Below are positions 1-13,279 of a DNA stretch of 64,000 bases, one piece after another. The notes below the pieces were generated by a model that had not been told where the DNA came from, made no database searches, and was given only the letters and a program-made list of their open reading frames with translations. The translations under genes were made by a program, and so were the position numbers. This stretch comes from Hemiscyllium ocellatum (taxonomy: Eukaryota), in NCBI RefSeq assembly GCF_020745735.1, contig NC_083409.1:15533873-15597872 (forward strand). Reading direction: 5' to 3'. Positions within the stretch are counted from its first letter, which is position 1; each line of letters starts with the position of its first letter.

Positions 1-574
1 AGGATCTTGATCCGATGGGCCAATGGGCTGAGGAATGACAGATGGAGTTTAATTTAGGTAAATGCAAGGTGCTGCAGTTAGGGAAGCAAATCTTAGCAGG
101 ACTTACACACATAATGGTACGGTTCTCGGGAATGTTGCTGAACAAAGAGACCTTGGAGTGCATGTTCATAGCTCCTTAAAAGTACAGTCGTAGGTAGATA
201 GGATAATGAAGAAGACATTTGGGATGCTTTCCTTTATTGGTTAGAGTATTGAGTATCGGTGTTGGGAGGTCACCTAAACCACTTTTGGAGTATTGCGTTA
301 AATTCTGGTCTCCTTCCGATCAGAAAGATGTTGTGAAACTTGAAAGGGTTCAGAAAAGATTTATAAGGATGTTACCAGGGTTGGAGGATTTAAGCTATAG
401 GGAGAGGTTAAATAACTGGGGATGTTTTCCCTGGAGTGAGGGGTGACCTTACAGAGGTTTACAAAATCATGAGGGGCCTGGATAGGGCAAAGAGGCCAAG
501 TCTTTTCCCTGGGGTGGTGGAGTCCAGGAATAGAGGGCATGGGTTTAGGGTAAAAGGGGAAAGATATAAAAGAG

Positions 575-687
575 CTGAAAATGTGCTGCTGGTTAAGGCG
601 CAGCAGGTCAGGCAGCATTCAAGGAACAGGAAATTCGACGTTTCGGGCAAAAGCCCTTCATCAAGAATGAAGCCCTTCATCTTCATC
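575..687 (-). mobile_element. PLE-derived mini-insertion (hammerhead core plus 3' tail only)
   Basis: 14-bp target site duplication (TSD) aagatataaaagag at 561-574 and 688-701; minus strand reads attc-TTGATGA-agggcttttgccc-GAAACGTC-gaat. Confidence 0.85.
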
Positions 688-827
688 AAGATATAAAAGA
701 GACTTACGGAGCAACATTTTCACACAGAGGGTGGTGCGAGTGTGGAATGGGCTGTCAGAGGAAGTGGTGGAGGCTGGTACAATTGCAACATTTAAAAGGC
801 ATCTGGATGGGTATATGAATAGGAAGG

Positions 828-1037
828 TTCTGGATCAGTGGTGCTAGAAGAGCACAGCAATTCAGGCAGCATCCAAAGTGCAGCGAAATCGACCTTTCGT
901 GCAAAAGCCCTTCATCAGGAATAAGCCTGAAACGTCGATTTCGCTGCACTTTGGATGCTGCCTGAACTGCTGTGCTCTTCCAGCACCGCTGATCCAGAAT
1001 CTGGTTTCCAGCATCTGCAGTCATTGTTTTTACCTCG
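828..1037. mobile_element. Small fold-back (inverted pair) PLE terminal fragment
   Basis: Minus-strand PLE terminus followed directly by a plus-strand copy; CR1 sequence resumes with near-duplicated atgaat(a/t)(g/a)gaag. Confidence 0.7.
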
Positions 1038-1254
1038 ATGAATTAGAAGTGTTTGGCGGGATCTGGGTCAGGTGTTGGCAGGTGGGACTAGATTGGGTTG
1101 GGATATCTGGTCGGTATGGACAAGTTGGACCAAAGGGTCTGTTTCCATGCTGTACACCTCTATGACTCTATGATTCGAGGAGGAGGCTGTTCAGCCCCTT
1201 GTGTCAGTACTAGCTGTTTACTAAACTCACTCACAATGAACATCTCCGTTGAAT

Positions 1255-1794
1255 TCTGGATTAGTGGTGCTGGAAGAGCACAACAGTTCAGGCAGCATCC
1301 AAGGAGCAGCGAAATCGATGCTTCAGGCAAAAGCCCTTCATCAGGAATAAAGGCAGTGAGCCTGAAGCGTGGAGAGATAAGCTAGAGGAGGGTGGGGGTG
1401 GGGAGAAAGTAGCATAGAGTACAAGCAAATGTGGCTGTGGGAGCGAGTTTGTTTCACGACATAGTTGAAGAGCTTCTCTCTACAAGAATCTCAGGGAGTC
1501 CCTCTCCCACTGCAACTCCCAGGTCATTTCCTCTGCCCTGAAGCTCTTCAACCACGTCGTGAAACAAACTCGCTACCACAGCCACATTTGCTTGTACTCT
1601 ATGCTACTTTCTCCCCACCTCTACCCTCCTCTAGCTTATCTCTCCACGCTTCAGGCTCACTGCCTTTATTCCTGATGAAGGGCTTTAGCCTGAAGCGTCG
1701 ATTTCGCTGCTCCTCGGATGCCGTCTGAACTGTTGTGCTCTTCCAGCACCACTAATCCAGAATCTGGTTTCCAGCATCTGCAGTCATTGTTTTT
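1255..1794. mobile_element. Fold-back PLE derivative with 222-bp inverted arms
   Basis: Arms 1255-1476 and 1540-1761 are reverse complements; TSD atctccgYtgaat at 1242-1254 and 1795-1807; degenerate hammerhead core in each arm. Confidence 0.85.
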
Positions 1795-1809
1795 ATCTCC
1801 GCTGAATGT

Positions 1810-2735
1810 CTATTGTGGGAAGTAATTGAATCTGGTTTAGAGACAGAATGTCTGACAAATATGAACAGATCAGACTAAGTCAGCATGGATTTAAAAGGGT
1901 CAGACATTTTTAGCTTACCTGGTTACATGTTTTAACGAGGTCACTAATGTGTGAGATAAGGGAATGTGTTGTTCTAAATGGTGAGAAAATTATTAAAGCC
2001 AAAGTACAAAGGAATCTGGGAGTGCTAGTCGAGGATTCTCTAAAGGTAAACATGCAGGTTGAGTCCGTGATTAAGAAAACGAATGCAATGTTGTCACTTA
2101 TCTCAAGAGGGTTGGAATATAAAAGCAGAGATGTGCTACTGAGACTTTATAAAGCTCTGGTTAGGCCCCATTGGGAGTACTGTGTCCAGTTTTGGTCCCC
2201 ACACCTCAGGAAGGACATACTGACACTGGAACGTGTCCAGCGGAGATTCACACGGATGATCCCTGGAATGGTAGGTCTAACATATGAGGAACAGCTGAGG
2301 ATCCTGGGATTGTATTCATTGGAGTTTAGAAGATTAAGGGGAGACTTACTAGAGACGTACAAGATAATACATGGCTTGGAAAGGGTGGACGCTAGGAAAT
2401 TATTTCCATTAGCCGAGGAGACTAGGACCCGTGGACACAGACTTAGGATTAGAGGGGGTCAATTCAGAACAGAAATGCTGAGACATTTCTTCAGCCAGAG
2501 GGTGGTGGGCCTGTGGAATTCATTGCCACGGAGTGCAGTGGAGGCCGGGATGCTAAATGTCTTCAAAGCCGAGATTGATAGATTCTTGTTGTCTCGAGGA
2601 ATTAAGGGCTACGGGGAGAACACTGGTAAGTGGAGTTGAAATGCCCATCATCCATGACTGAATGGAGGAGTGGACTCGATGGGCCGAATGGCCTTACTTC
2701 CACTCCTATGTCTTATGTCTTATGTCTTATATGGA
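1810..2735 (+). mobile_element. CR1 LINE 3' fragment
   Basis: ORF 1947-2639 encodes CR1 RT C-terminus (LVRPHWEYCVQFWSP, LRGDLLETYKI); (ttatgtc)n tail at ~2706-2730. Confidence 0.9.
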
Positions 2736-3329
2736 CGTCCAGATGACATTCAAGGAAGTTCCACACAAGTGTTATAATGTTATCGTTGGAACAAAGAGAT
2801 GACAGATAAACATATTCTGGATCTTTCTGCACAAATGAATTCTCAAATAAATCTCAGACATGTTAGTGAACTTGGGGTTTTATCAGAGGAAGGAGCTGAA
2901 GGAAGTCAGTTGTTGGAGGAAAATGGTTCTGGGAAAATTAGAATGTCTTAAATCAGCAGGGCCAAATAATCTATTTTCAGGAGTGCTTCAGGAAGTGGTT
3001 GTAAAATATTAGAAACATTGATGGTTATCTGTTTGTTGACTGTGGAATAGGTCCTACAGAGTGGAGGGAGTTAATTTAACAAGTCTATTGAAAAAGAGAG
3101 AGAGAGAGAGGGAAAATAAGAAATTTTAGACCATTGAGCCAGAAATCAGCAGTGGAGAAAATGCTCAAGTTCATAATAAAATATTTTATAGCTTAGTAGT
3201 TTGAAAACAGTGACAGAACTGGACAGAGTCAGCATGAATTTTCGAAAGGGAAATCATGCTTAAAAAATCGACCGAAATTGTTTGAGGATGTAGTGGATGG
3301 ATTGATCGGGGGGGGGGGGGCATAGATAT

Positions 3330-6300
3330 GGTTTGTTTGGACTTTGTAAGGGGAGTAGATCGGCGGTTCTGTGGTCAAAAACAAGACTCACGAATAGCAT
3401 GTTGCCTCCCAGTTGTACGGGTCAGGGATGTCTCAGATCGGCTGCAGGACATTCTGAAGGGGGAGGTGAACAGCTAGCTGTGACGGTTCATGCAGACACG
3501 GATGATATCGGTAATAAATGGAATGAGGCCCTACAAGCAGAATTTAGGGAGTTAGGAACCATATTAAAATGTAGGATCTCAGAGGTAGTAATCTCAGGAT
3601 TGCTCCCAGTGCCATGTGCTAGTCAGAGTCGAAATGAAAGTATAGGCAGGATGAATGCATGGCTTGAGAGATGGTGCAGGAGGGAGGGGTTCAGATTTTT
3701 GGGACATTGGGACTGGTTCCTGGGGAGGTAGGACAATTACAAATCGAGCCGTCTACACCTGGGCAGGACTGGAACCAGTGTCCTGTGGGATGTGTTTGAT
3801 CACACTCTTGGGGAGGGTTCAAAATAGTGTATCAGAGGGATAGGAACCAAATGAGGAGGTTAGTGGGCAATAAGGAGGGAGTAACTAAAGCCTGTCAGGA
3901 ATTAGATATTGAAGTCAGCGTGACTAAGGTTAAGAGTAGGTAGGGAGCAGATGATGAACGCAAAGGGACAGATGGTCTGAGGTGAATTTGTTTTAATGTG
4001 AGAAGTGTAGTAGGTAAGGCAGAGGAATTTAGGGCTTGGACTAGTATCTGGGAGTATGATGTTATTGCTATTACTGAGACGTGGTTGAGGGAAGGGCAAG
4101 ATTGGCAACTAAATATCCCAGGATACAGATGTATCAGATGGGTTTGAGAGGGAGGTAAAAGGGATGGAGGAGTTGCATTACAGGTAAGAGTGGATATTAC
4201 AGGTGTGCTGAAGGAGGGCACTATGGAGGACTCGAGCAGTGGGGCAATATGGGCAGAGCTCAGAAACAGGAAGGGTGCAGTAACAATGTTGGTGCTATCC
4301 TACAAGCCTCCTAACAGTGAACGTGGGATAGAGGTACAAATATGTAAACAGATTATGGAAAGATGTAGGAGTAACAAGGTGGTGGTGATGGAAGATTTTA
4401 ATTTTCCCAACATTGACTGGGATTCACTTCATGTTAGCAGTTAAGATGGAGCAGAATTTGTAATGAGCATTCAGGAGGATTTTACAGAGTAATGTGGAAA
4501 TAGTCTAACTCAGGAAGGGGCCATACTGGACCTGGTATTGGGGAATGAGCCCGGTCAGGTGGTTGAAATCTCAGTCAGGGATTACTTTGGGAAGAGTGAT
4601 CACGATTCCATAAGTTTTAGAATGCTCATGGACAAAGATGAGATTGGTTCTAAAGGAAGAGGGCTAAAGTGGAGGAAGGCCAACTATCCCAAAATTTGGC
4701 AGGAGCTGGGGAATGTGGATTGGGAGTAGCTGTTTAAAGGGAAATCCACATTTGATATGTGGGAGGCTTTTAAAGAGAGGTTGACTAGAGTCAGGACAGA
4801 CATGTCCCTGTGAAAATAAGGATTGAAATGGCAGAATTAGGGAACGCTGGATGACAGATGAAATTTTGAGACTAGCTAAGAGGAAAAAGGATGCATACAT
4901 CAGGTTTCGGTTGTTGAAAACAGACAAAGCTTTGGAAGAATATTGGGAAAGTTGGACCGATCTGAAATGAGGAATTAGAAGGGCTAAAAAGGGTCATGAA
5001 ATATCATTAGCAAACAGGATTAAGGAAAATTCCAAATCCTTTTATTGTTATATTAGGAGCAAGTGGGTGACTAGAGAAAGGGTTGGCCCACTCAAGGACA
5101 AAGGAGGAATGTTATGTGTGGAGTCAGAGAAAATGGATGAAATTCTTAATGAGTGCTTTACATTGGTATTCACCAAGGAGAGGGAAATGACAGATGTTGA
5201 AGTTGGGGATAGGTGTTTGATTACTCAGGGTCAAGTCGGTTTAAGGAAGGAGGAAGTGTTGGGTATTTTAAAAGGCATCAAGGTGCACAAGTCCCCAGGT
5301 CGGGATGGGATCGATCCCAGCTTACTGAGGGAAGCAAGAGAGGAAATAATTGAGTCCTTAATCGATATCTTTGTAGCAACCTTGAACATGGATGAGGTCC
5401 CAGAGGACTGGAGAATTGCTCATGTTTAAGAAGGGTAGCCAGGATAATCCAGGTAACTATCAACCAGTGAGCCTGATGTAGTGGTAGAGAAGCTGCTGGA
5501 GAAGATACTGAGGGATAAGATCTATTTACATTTGGAAGAAATTTCAGTAACAGGCAGCATGATTTTGTGCAGGGAATGTCATGTCTTACCAACTTTATAG
5601 ACGTTTTTGAAGAAGTGATAAAGTTGATTGAGGAGGGAAGGGCTGTGGATGTCATACACATGGACTTCAGTAAGGTGTTTGATAAAGTTCCCCATGGCAG
5701 CCTGATGGAGAAATTAAAGTCGCATGGGGTCCAGAGTGTACTCACTAGATGGATAGAGAACAGGCTGGGCAACAGAAGACAGACAGTAGTAGTGGAAGGA
5801 GTTTTTCAGAATGGAGAACAGGAATCCGTGCTGGTACCGCTCTTGTTTTTGATATACATAAATGATCTGGAGGTAGGTATAGGTGATCTGATTAACAAGT
5901 TTGCAGATGACGCTAAGATTGGTGGAGTAGCAGATAGTGAAGGGGACTGACAGAGAATGTAGCAGAATATAGACAGATTGGAGAGTTGGGCAGAGAAACG
6001 GATGGATGGAGTTCAATCCGGTGAAATGTGATCTGATGAATTTTGGAAAATCCAAATCTGGAGTAAACTGTACGGTGAATGGAACACCCTGGGAAAATTG
6101 ATGGCCAGAGAGACCTGGGTGTTCAGGTCCATTGCACCCTGGAGGTGGCAATACAGATCGATAGAGTGGTCAAGAAGGCATATGGCATACCTTCCTTCAT
6201 CAAACGTGGTATTCAGTACAAGAGTTGGCAGGTCATGTTAGAATTATATCGGACTTTAGCTTGGCCAGATTTGGAATACTGCCCACAGTTCTGGTCGCCA

Positions 6301-6815
6301 CACAGCCAGAAGGATGTAGATGCTTTGGAGAGGGTGCAGAGGAGGTTCACCAAGATTGCCTGGTATGGAGGGCACGAGCTATGAAGAGAGGTTGAGTAGT
6401 ATAGGATTATTTTCATTAGAAAGTCGAACATTGAGGGGGGACCTGATTGACGTCTACAAAATCATGAGAGGTGTAGACAGGGTGGATAGCAAGAAACTTT
6501 TTCCCAGAGTGAGGGACTCAATTACTCGGGGTCATGAGTTCAAAGTGAGAGTGGAAACATTTAAAGGAGATATGTATGGAAAGTTCTTCACACAGAGAGT
6601 GATTGGTCCTGGAACACGTTGCCAGTGGAGGTGGTAGAGGCAGGCACAATAGCATCATTTAAGATATATCTAGATAGATACATGGATGGGCAGGGAGCAA
6701 AGGGAGATAGACCCTTGGAAAATTGATGACAGATTTAGATGAGGTATGGACCAGTGCAGGCTAGTAGGGCCGAAGGGCCAGTTCTTGTGCTGTAATTTTC
6801 ATTGTTCTTCGTTCT
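3330..6815 (+). mobile_element. Long degenerate CR1 LINE (ORF1 SGNH-esterase-like, APE endonuclease, RT)
   Basis: VVISGLLPVP (ORF1); MEDFNFPNIDW and SDHDSI (endonuclease); FSKVFDKVPH and FADDAKIG (RT); many stops and frameshifts. Confidence 0.9.
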
Positions 6816-6819
6816 TTGA

Positions 6820-8100
6820 ACTGAGGAAGCTCTAAGGAACAGCGTGATCTTGGGGTGCTTCTCCACTGATCGCTGAATATGGCAAGACAGGTTAACGGAG
6901 CAGTTATAAAGGCAGAGGGGACACTTGCCTTTGTCATTTCAGCTAGTGGTTATAAAAGCAGGAGGATATGTTGCAGTTAAGTAGAACATTGGTTAGGCCA
7001 CAGTTGGAGTACTGTGTGCAGTTCAGGTCACCACACTGTAGGAAGGAGGTGATTGCACTGGTTGGGGTGCAGAGGGGAATCACCAGGATGTTGTGTGGGA
7101 TGGAGCTTTTCAGTGATGAAGAGAAATTCGATCAGCTCGGGTTGTTTTCTTCAGAGCAGAGAAGGTGGAGGGGGGACCTGATAGAGGTGTATAAGGTTAT
7201 GAGGGGAATGGACAGGGTGGATAGAAAGCAGCTGTTCTCATTCGTGGGAGGGTCAATAACAAGTTGGCTCATATTCAATGTGAAAGATAGGAGGTTTGAA
7301 GATGTTTTGAGGAAAATGTTTTTCATCCAGAGGCTGGTGTGCATCTGGAATGCAAAGCCTGGGAGTGGGGTTGAGGTGGGAAACCTCACAAACTTTAAAA
7401 TGTACTTGGGTGAGCAGTTGAAATGTTATAACATTCAAGCTGTGGGCCTTATGTTGGAAAGTGGGACTGGTATAGGTTTCGTGTAGTTTGGCTGGTACAC
7501 AGTTAATGGGCTGAAGGGCCTCCTCTGTACTGTGTGATTTTATGATTCTGTCGTGGGTAGTTTCGCGCTCCTTATCTGAGGAAGGATGTTCTGGCCGTGG
7601 AGGGAAGGAAGGAAAGGTTTACCAGACTGATTCCTGGGATGACAGCACTTAGATCTGATGAGAAACTGGATCAGTTAGGATTATATTCATTGGCGCTTAG
7701 AAGATTGAAAGGAATCAAATTGTAACCTTGAAAATCCGAACAGGACAAGACTAGAGCAACACAGGGAGGATGTTCCTGATGACTGGGGAATCCAGAACTA
7801 CGAATTATGGTTTAAAGAAAAGGGAAATGTTATTTCAGACTGAGCTGAGGAGACATTTCTTTAGCCAGAGACTGGGAAGCTCGTGGAATATTCTGTCACA
7901 GAAAGCAGTTGAGCCTAAAACATTCAATATTTTCAAGAGAGAATAAGTATATTCTTAGGACTAAAGAGGTTAAATTTTATGGAGAAAAAATGGGAGCAGG
8001 GGACTAAGTTGGATGAAAAGCCATGGTCATATTGAATGGCAGAGCTAACTCGAAGGGCTGAATGGCTTCCTCTTGCTCCTAGTTCCTTTGTTTCTATGTT
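6820..8100 (+). mobile_element. Two older CR1 3' fragments
   Basis: ORF 6968-7486 LVRPQLEYCVQF; similar decayed sequence at 7555-8100. Confidence 0.8.
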
Positions 8101-8109
8101 TGTTCATGA

Positions 8110-9000
8110 ACATGGAAACATATGGAATTATAGAGTCTTAGAGCCATCGAGTCCTACAGCACAGAGACAGGCCCTTTGGCCCAAACTGGACCGTGCTGAC
8201 CAAAATGTCCATCCACGCTAACCCCATTTCCCTGCACTTGGCCCATATCCTTCAAATGTTTTCCTATCTATGTATTTGTCCAAATGTCTTTTAAATGTTG
8301 TTAATGTATCCACCTCAATCACTTCAGCTGGCATCTCATTCCACATGCTTGCCACCCTCTGTGTAAAAATGTTGCCCCTCAGGTTCCCTTTTATTCATTC
8401 CTCTCTAACACTAAACTGATGCCCTCTCATCCTCGTTTCCCCAACCCTATCCATGTCTCTCATGATCTTATACACTTCTAAAAGTTCCCCCACCAGTCTC
8501 CTACGCTCTAAGAAAAAAGTCCAACTTGCCTAACTTCCTCCTATAACTCAGATTGTTGAGTCCAGGCAACATCCTTGCAAATTTCTTCTGTACTCTTTCT
8601 GGTTTAGTAATATCCTTCCTATAACAAGGTGACCAAACTGAATACAATATTCCAAGTGCGACATCACTGACATCCTGTACAAGATTAGAGATTAGATTCC
8701 CTCCAGTTTGGAAACAGGTCTTCGGCCCAACCAATCCACACTGACCCTCTGAAGAGTAACCCATTTAGACACATTTCCATCTGACTAATGTACCTAAGAC
8801 TATGGCCAATTTAACATATCCAATTCACCTGACCTGCACATCAAACTTACTAATCATGCCTTACAGGTTCTCATCCAAATCATTAATATTAATAACAAAC
8901 AGTAATGGGGCCAGCACTGAGCCCTGATGCACTCCACTCAACACAGGCCTCCAGTCTGACAGTCTGACAATATTACCTCTGCTTCCTATCATCAAGACAG
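8110..9000 (-). mobile_element. CR1 3' fragment with nested SINE piece (~8685-8840)
   Basis: Minus-strand RT C-terminal motifs; agattagattcc SINE tail. Confidence 0.75.
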
Positions 9001-9214
9001 TGATAGAAAAGTAGTTGTCTTGGGTTAGGAATTAGTTTGGAGGTAGGAGACAGAGACGAGGGATAATGTGCGTTCTCTCTAATGAACAAGATGTGAATGT
9101 TGGTGTCCCCAGAGATTTGTGCAGGGGCCTCAGTATTTCACAATATTTCTCAATGACTTGGATGAAGGAATAGAGAGCCAATTATCCAAGACTGCTGACC
9201 ACACGGAGTGAGGC

Positions 9215-9640
9215 AGCTTGGAGGAGGTTACAGAGGTAGGGAGAGTGGAGGGCAGAGAGGGATTTGAGAACAAGGATGAGAATTTGAAAATTTAGGTGTT
9301 GCTTGACCAGGAGCCAATATAAGCACGGGATGCAGGGGTTGTGGGAACGGGACTTGGTGCAAGTTTGGATACGGGCTGCAGAATTTTGGATGAGCAGAAG
9401 GATACGGAGGGCAGTGGCTGTGATGTGCATCAGCCATTGGAATGGTCATGTTTGGAGCCCCATAAACATGGCTGAGATTTTCAGTGGCTGATCTTTGTGA
9501 TATGGAAGATATGGGTCTTAGATCATTCTCAAACATGAGACCCAGTTTGTAAAGAGTCTGATTGAGCAGCAGACAATTCTCAGGGAGAGGGATGGAGCTT
9601 ATACCAGGATCTGAAGAGGATGGCTTTGATCTTCCCAATA
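9215..9640 (-). mobile_element. L2-clade LINE RT C-terminal fragment
   Basis: IQNSAARIQTCTKSRSH...LYWLLVKQHLNFQILILVLKSL matches the L2 consensus LQNSAAR...LHWLPV...FKIL. Confidence 0.75.
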
Positions 9641-9800
9641 TGTTTCACAGTGAGCCTGGCTCCTCAGTCCTGACTGCTCTTAGCTGCTGTGATTGTCACT
9701 GATCGGACACTTATTATTAGAGATTCTGACTAAAGCAGAAAGCCCCAGTGTAAAAAATAACTGCAAAGACTGTCAGATCGCAAGGTTGAAACTTCACAAA

Positions 9801-9815
9801 AAAGAGGAAGTGAAA
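9801..9815 (+). promoter_or_regulatory. Candidate PU.1/IRF composite element (EICE)
   Basis: AAAGAGGAAGTGAAA in non-repeat sequence; E-boxes CAGCTG (~9830) and CATCTG (~9871) nearby. Confidence 0.45.
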
Positions 9816-11899
9816 GAAGGAGCTCGGAGCAGCTGGGTGTTTGTTACTGAGACGGGAGAAAACTGTGAACCATCTGCACTCCCTGGAATCTGACAGCACA
9901 GGAGGCTGGTTCTAGGATTTATTTTTTGCAGAAGCAGCACAGTTTTGGAAAAAGTGTCAGTCACTCTCTCACAAACACACACGCCTGCACTCGGAGATCA
10001 GAAACAGAATCCAGCAGCAGCTCTGTCTCCAAGCTGTGAAACCTGCACAGAATTTTTCCCTCATTCAGTTTATAACTGGCAGGATAGACCAAGCAGGGGA
10101 GGCAACACAGTGATGTGTACAGTCGGAAGGGAGTTGCCCTGGGAGTCCTCACCATTAACTATGGAATCCATGAAGCCTCATGACAGCAGGTCAAACATGG
10201 GGAAGCAAACCTCCTGCTGATTACCACATAGCACCGCCCTCCCCTCCAACCTCAACTGAGCAGTCAGTCCTCCTCCATGTTGAACAACACTTGGTGGGAG
10301 CACTGAGGGAGGGAATGATGCCGGATATACCCTGAGTAAGGGACTTCAAAGCCCACCATCAAGAGCTGCTCAGAAGCATCACTACTGAGCAAGCTGGTCA
10401 AGTCCACCTGATTCAGCTGCTAGACTGGACCTGGGGCAGGTGGTGAGGGAACCAACAAGAGGGAAAAACATACTCACTATCACCCTCACCAACCTGCCTG
10501 CTGCTGGTGTATCTGTCCATGACAGTATCAGTAAGAGTGACCACCGCACAGTCCGTGTGGAGACAAAATCCTGTCTTCCCTTTGAGATTATCTTACATTC
10601 TGTTGGGCAAGAGATATGGAATGCCAGAAAGAACTTTGATTTTAGCAGAAATTGGCAAAGTCTTGGAAATTAATGCCCATTCAGGTGAGACAGGTGAAGA
10701 CACTCAGTGATTGCATGGCAGATTGGATGGGCTCTTGATGGAAATAAACCTGCAAGGCCCTGGGGGTCGAGTAGGGGAGGGTGTGGGACTGACTGGATTG
10801 CTCCATGAAATGACAGCATTTACCTGACAGGCTGAATGTTCTCCCCCTGTGCTGGAAATAGGTCTCACTCAATGAGGGGTTCACAATTAGAGAGTTTGGA
10901 TGCAGTAAATACTGGACAAATTGTTTCTCCAGGCAGGAGGGTCAGTAACCAGAGGGCACACATTTCAGAAAGAGTCTAAAGCACAAGAGAGAAGATAGGA
11001 ACATTTTTTATCCAGCGAGTTCATAATGACTGTCTGCAAGGTGAGTGGAAGTGGATTCAACAGCAACTTTCAAAAGGGCATTTGGAGAAATAGCTGAAAA
11101 GGAAATAATTGCAGGGTTATCCAGGAAGGGCTGGGGAAATGGGACTCATTGGACTCATTTGACTAACAGTCACAATCAGCCCAGTGACCTCTGTCTGTGC
11201 TGTTTTAGAGCTTACACACACTTAGACTCACCTTTACACAAAGACTGGGAGAAACAGACAACCCAGTTTACAGAAGAGTGTTTTCTCAAGGGAAACTCTC
11301 TTGAACCAACTCAAGGAACAGGCCAGACTAGATTCACTGATGAGGAATAATTCAGCAAATCAATGGCAAGGGAACAGTGAACCAAAAGTGATGGGATTGA
11401 ACAGTATATTCGATAGCACAACCATTCAGAGGGGGAGGGATCAAGGGCAGGAGGTCAGAGAGCATGCTGTATGGATCTGAATGCTCTGCTGTCAATGGTG
11501 GGATGGAGCAAGCAGCAATGGGCAGGAGACCAGAGACAGAAGATGGAAGGGGGAGGGAGGGAATGTGAGTCTGCAGCAGGACACAGACGGAGGGAGGGGG
11601 GAGGCCATGGAGGCAATTGGCTAGCAGTGAGGTCAGGGGTCATTCTGGAATGACAGATGGATAAGACAGGGAAGGGCCCACTTCATATCAGACAAGTTGG
11701 AGTTTATGGAATATGGCTTTAGGAAGCTGGGAGAGGACATTGGAATCATAGAGTTAGGGGGCAGGACGAGCAGGAATTGGGGTTTCTGTGTTCAAGAGGC
11801 CGAGGTAGTGCAGAGACAATGTTGTTGAGATTGAAATAAGAGACCTACATTATGGAGAGGATGTTGGATTTGTAGCTCAGGTGCTGGACAGTCCTGAGG

Positions 11900-12030
11900 G
11901 AAGGAGGACCATGTTTACTAGTCTCTTCTGGAGCATCCAATGGGAAGGAGGTCCCTGTTTATTGGTGTCTATTGGAGGTTCCAGTGGAAAGAGGTCCGTG
12001 TTTACTGGTTCTATGGGAAAGTGTCCCATG
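11900..12030 (+). repeat. 44-bp minisatellite, left part (~3 units)
   Basis: Core ttta(c/t)t(g/a)gt at 11914, 11958, 12001. Confidence 0.85.
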
Positions 12031-12044
12031 TATATATCACCAAA

Positions 12045-13275
12045 GAGTCATAGAGGTTTACAGCATGTGATCAGGCCATTCAGCTCAACTCATCCATGCC
12101 GACCAAGTATCCAAAACTGAACTAGTCCCATTTGCATGTGTTTGGCCCAATTCTCTCTAATCCTTCCTATCCATGTTCCTGTAAAAATGTCCTTGAAATG
12201 TAGTAATCGTACTCACCTCTACGAATTCTTCTGTCAGCTCATTACACATACACACTAACCTCTGTGTGAAAATGTTGCCCCTCAGTTTCCTACTAATTCT
12301 TTCCCCACTCAACGTAAACCTACTCCTTCTAGTACTGGACTCTCCTACCCTGGGGAAAAGACTTTGACTATTCACCTTATCTATGACCTTCCTAATTCCA
12401 CAACCTCTATAAGGTCACCCCTCAATCTCCTGCATTCCCTGGAAAAACATCTTGGCCTATTCATCCTCATCTTGTAATTCAAATCCTCCAATCTTGATAA
12501 CATCCTGTTAATCTTTCTTTTATTCAAACCACTGTCATAACTTCCTTCCTATAGCAGGGTGAGCAGAAATGTACTGTGTCCAAATGTGGCCTTCCCAATG
12601 CCTTGTACAGCTGTAATATGATGTCCCAGCTCCTGTACTCCCTGCTTTGACCAGTGAAGATGGCATGCCAAATACCTTCTTCACCACCCTGTCTACCTGT
12701 GACACCACTTCCAAGGAACTATGTACCTGTACCCCTCAGTCTCTCTGTTCAACAACACTCCCCATGGCTCTACCATTAATTGTGTAATTTCTGCCCTGGT
12801 TTGTCTTCCTAAAATGCAACTCCTTCCATTTATTAAAATTTCCATCTGGATTTGTTGACCCACTGGCCCAGTTGATCAAGATGACATTGCACTCTTGGAT
12901 AACCTTCTTCCCTGTCCACTATGCCAACAATTTTAACATCAGCCACAAACTTACTGACCATTCCTGCTATTTTCTCATCCAAATTGTTCACATAAATGAT
13001 GAACAACAGTGGATCCATGATCGATTCTTGTGACAGACAGTTGGTCACTGGCCTCCAGTCTGAAGAACAACCCTCTCTCACCAGCCTCAGCCTCCTATCA
13101 TCAGGACAATTTCATATCCAATTGGTGAGCTGTCCCTGGCTCCTATGTGATATAATCTTACTGAGCAGTCTACCATAGGGAACCTTGTATTAACTCCATG
13201 TAGACAGAGTGCACTACTCTATCTTTACCTATCTTCTTGCTTCCTTCTTCAAAAACTCAACCATCTACTCATCTC
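12045..13275 (-). mobile_element. CR1 LINE 3' fragment inserted in the minisatellite
   Basis: gagtcatagag tail at 12045; DPLLFIIYVNNL and KFVADVKI RT motifs (ORF 12833-13081). Confidence 0.85.
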
Positions 13276-13279
13276 CATT

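Larger units (their letters stand above)
1..1175 (+). mobile_element. CR1-clade LINE, 3' part (RT C-terminus and tail), interrupted by two PLE-derived insertions
   Basis: LEYCVKFWSP...LERVQKRFIRMLPGL motifs (ORF 219-446); tail ctctatgactctatg at ~1158-1172. Confidence 0.9.
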
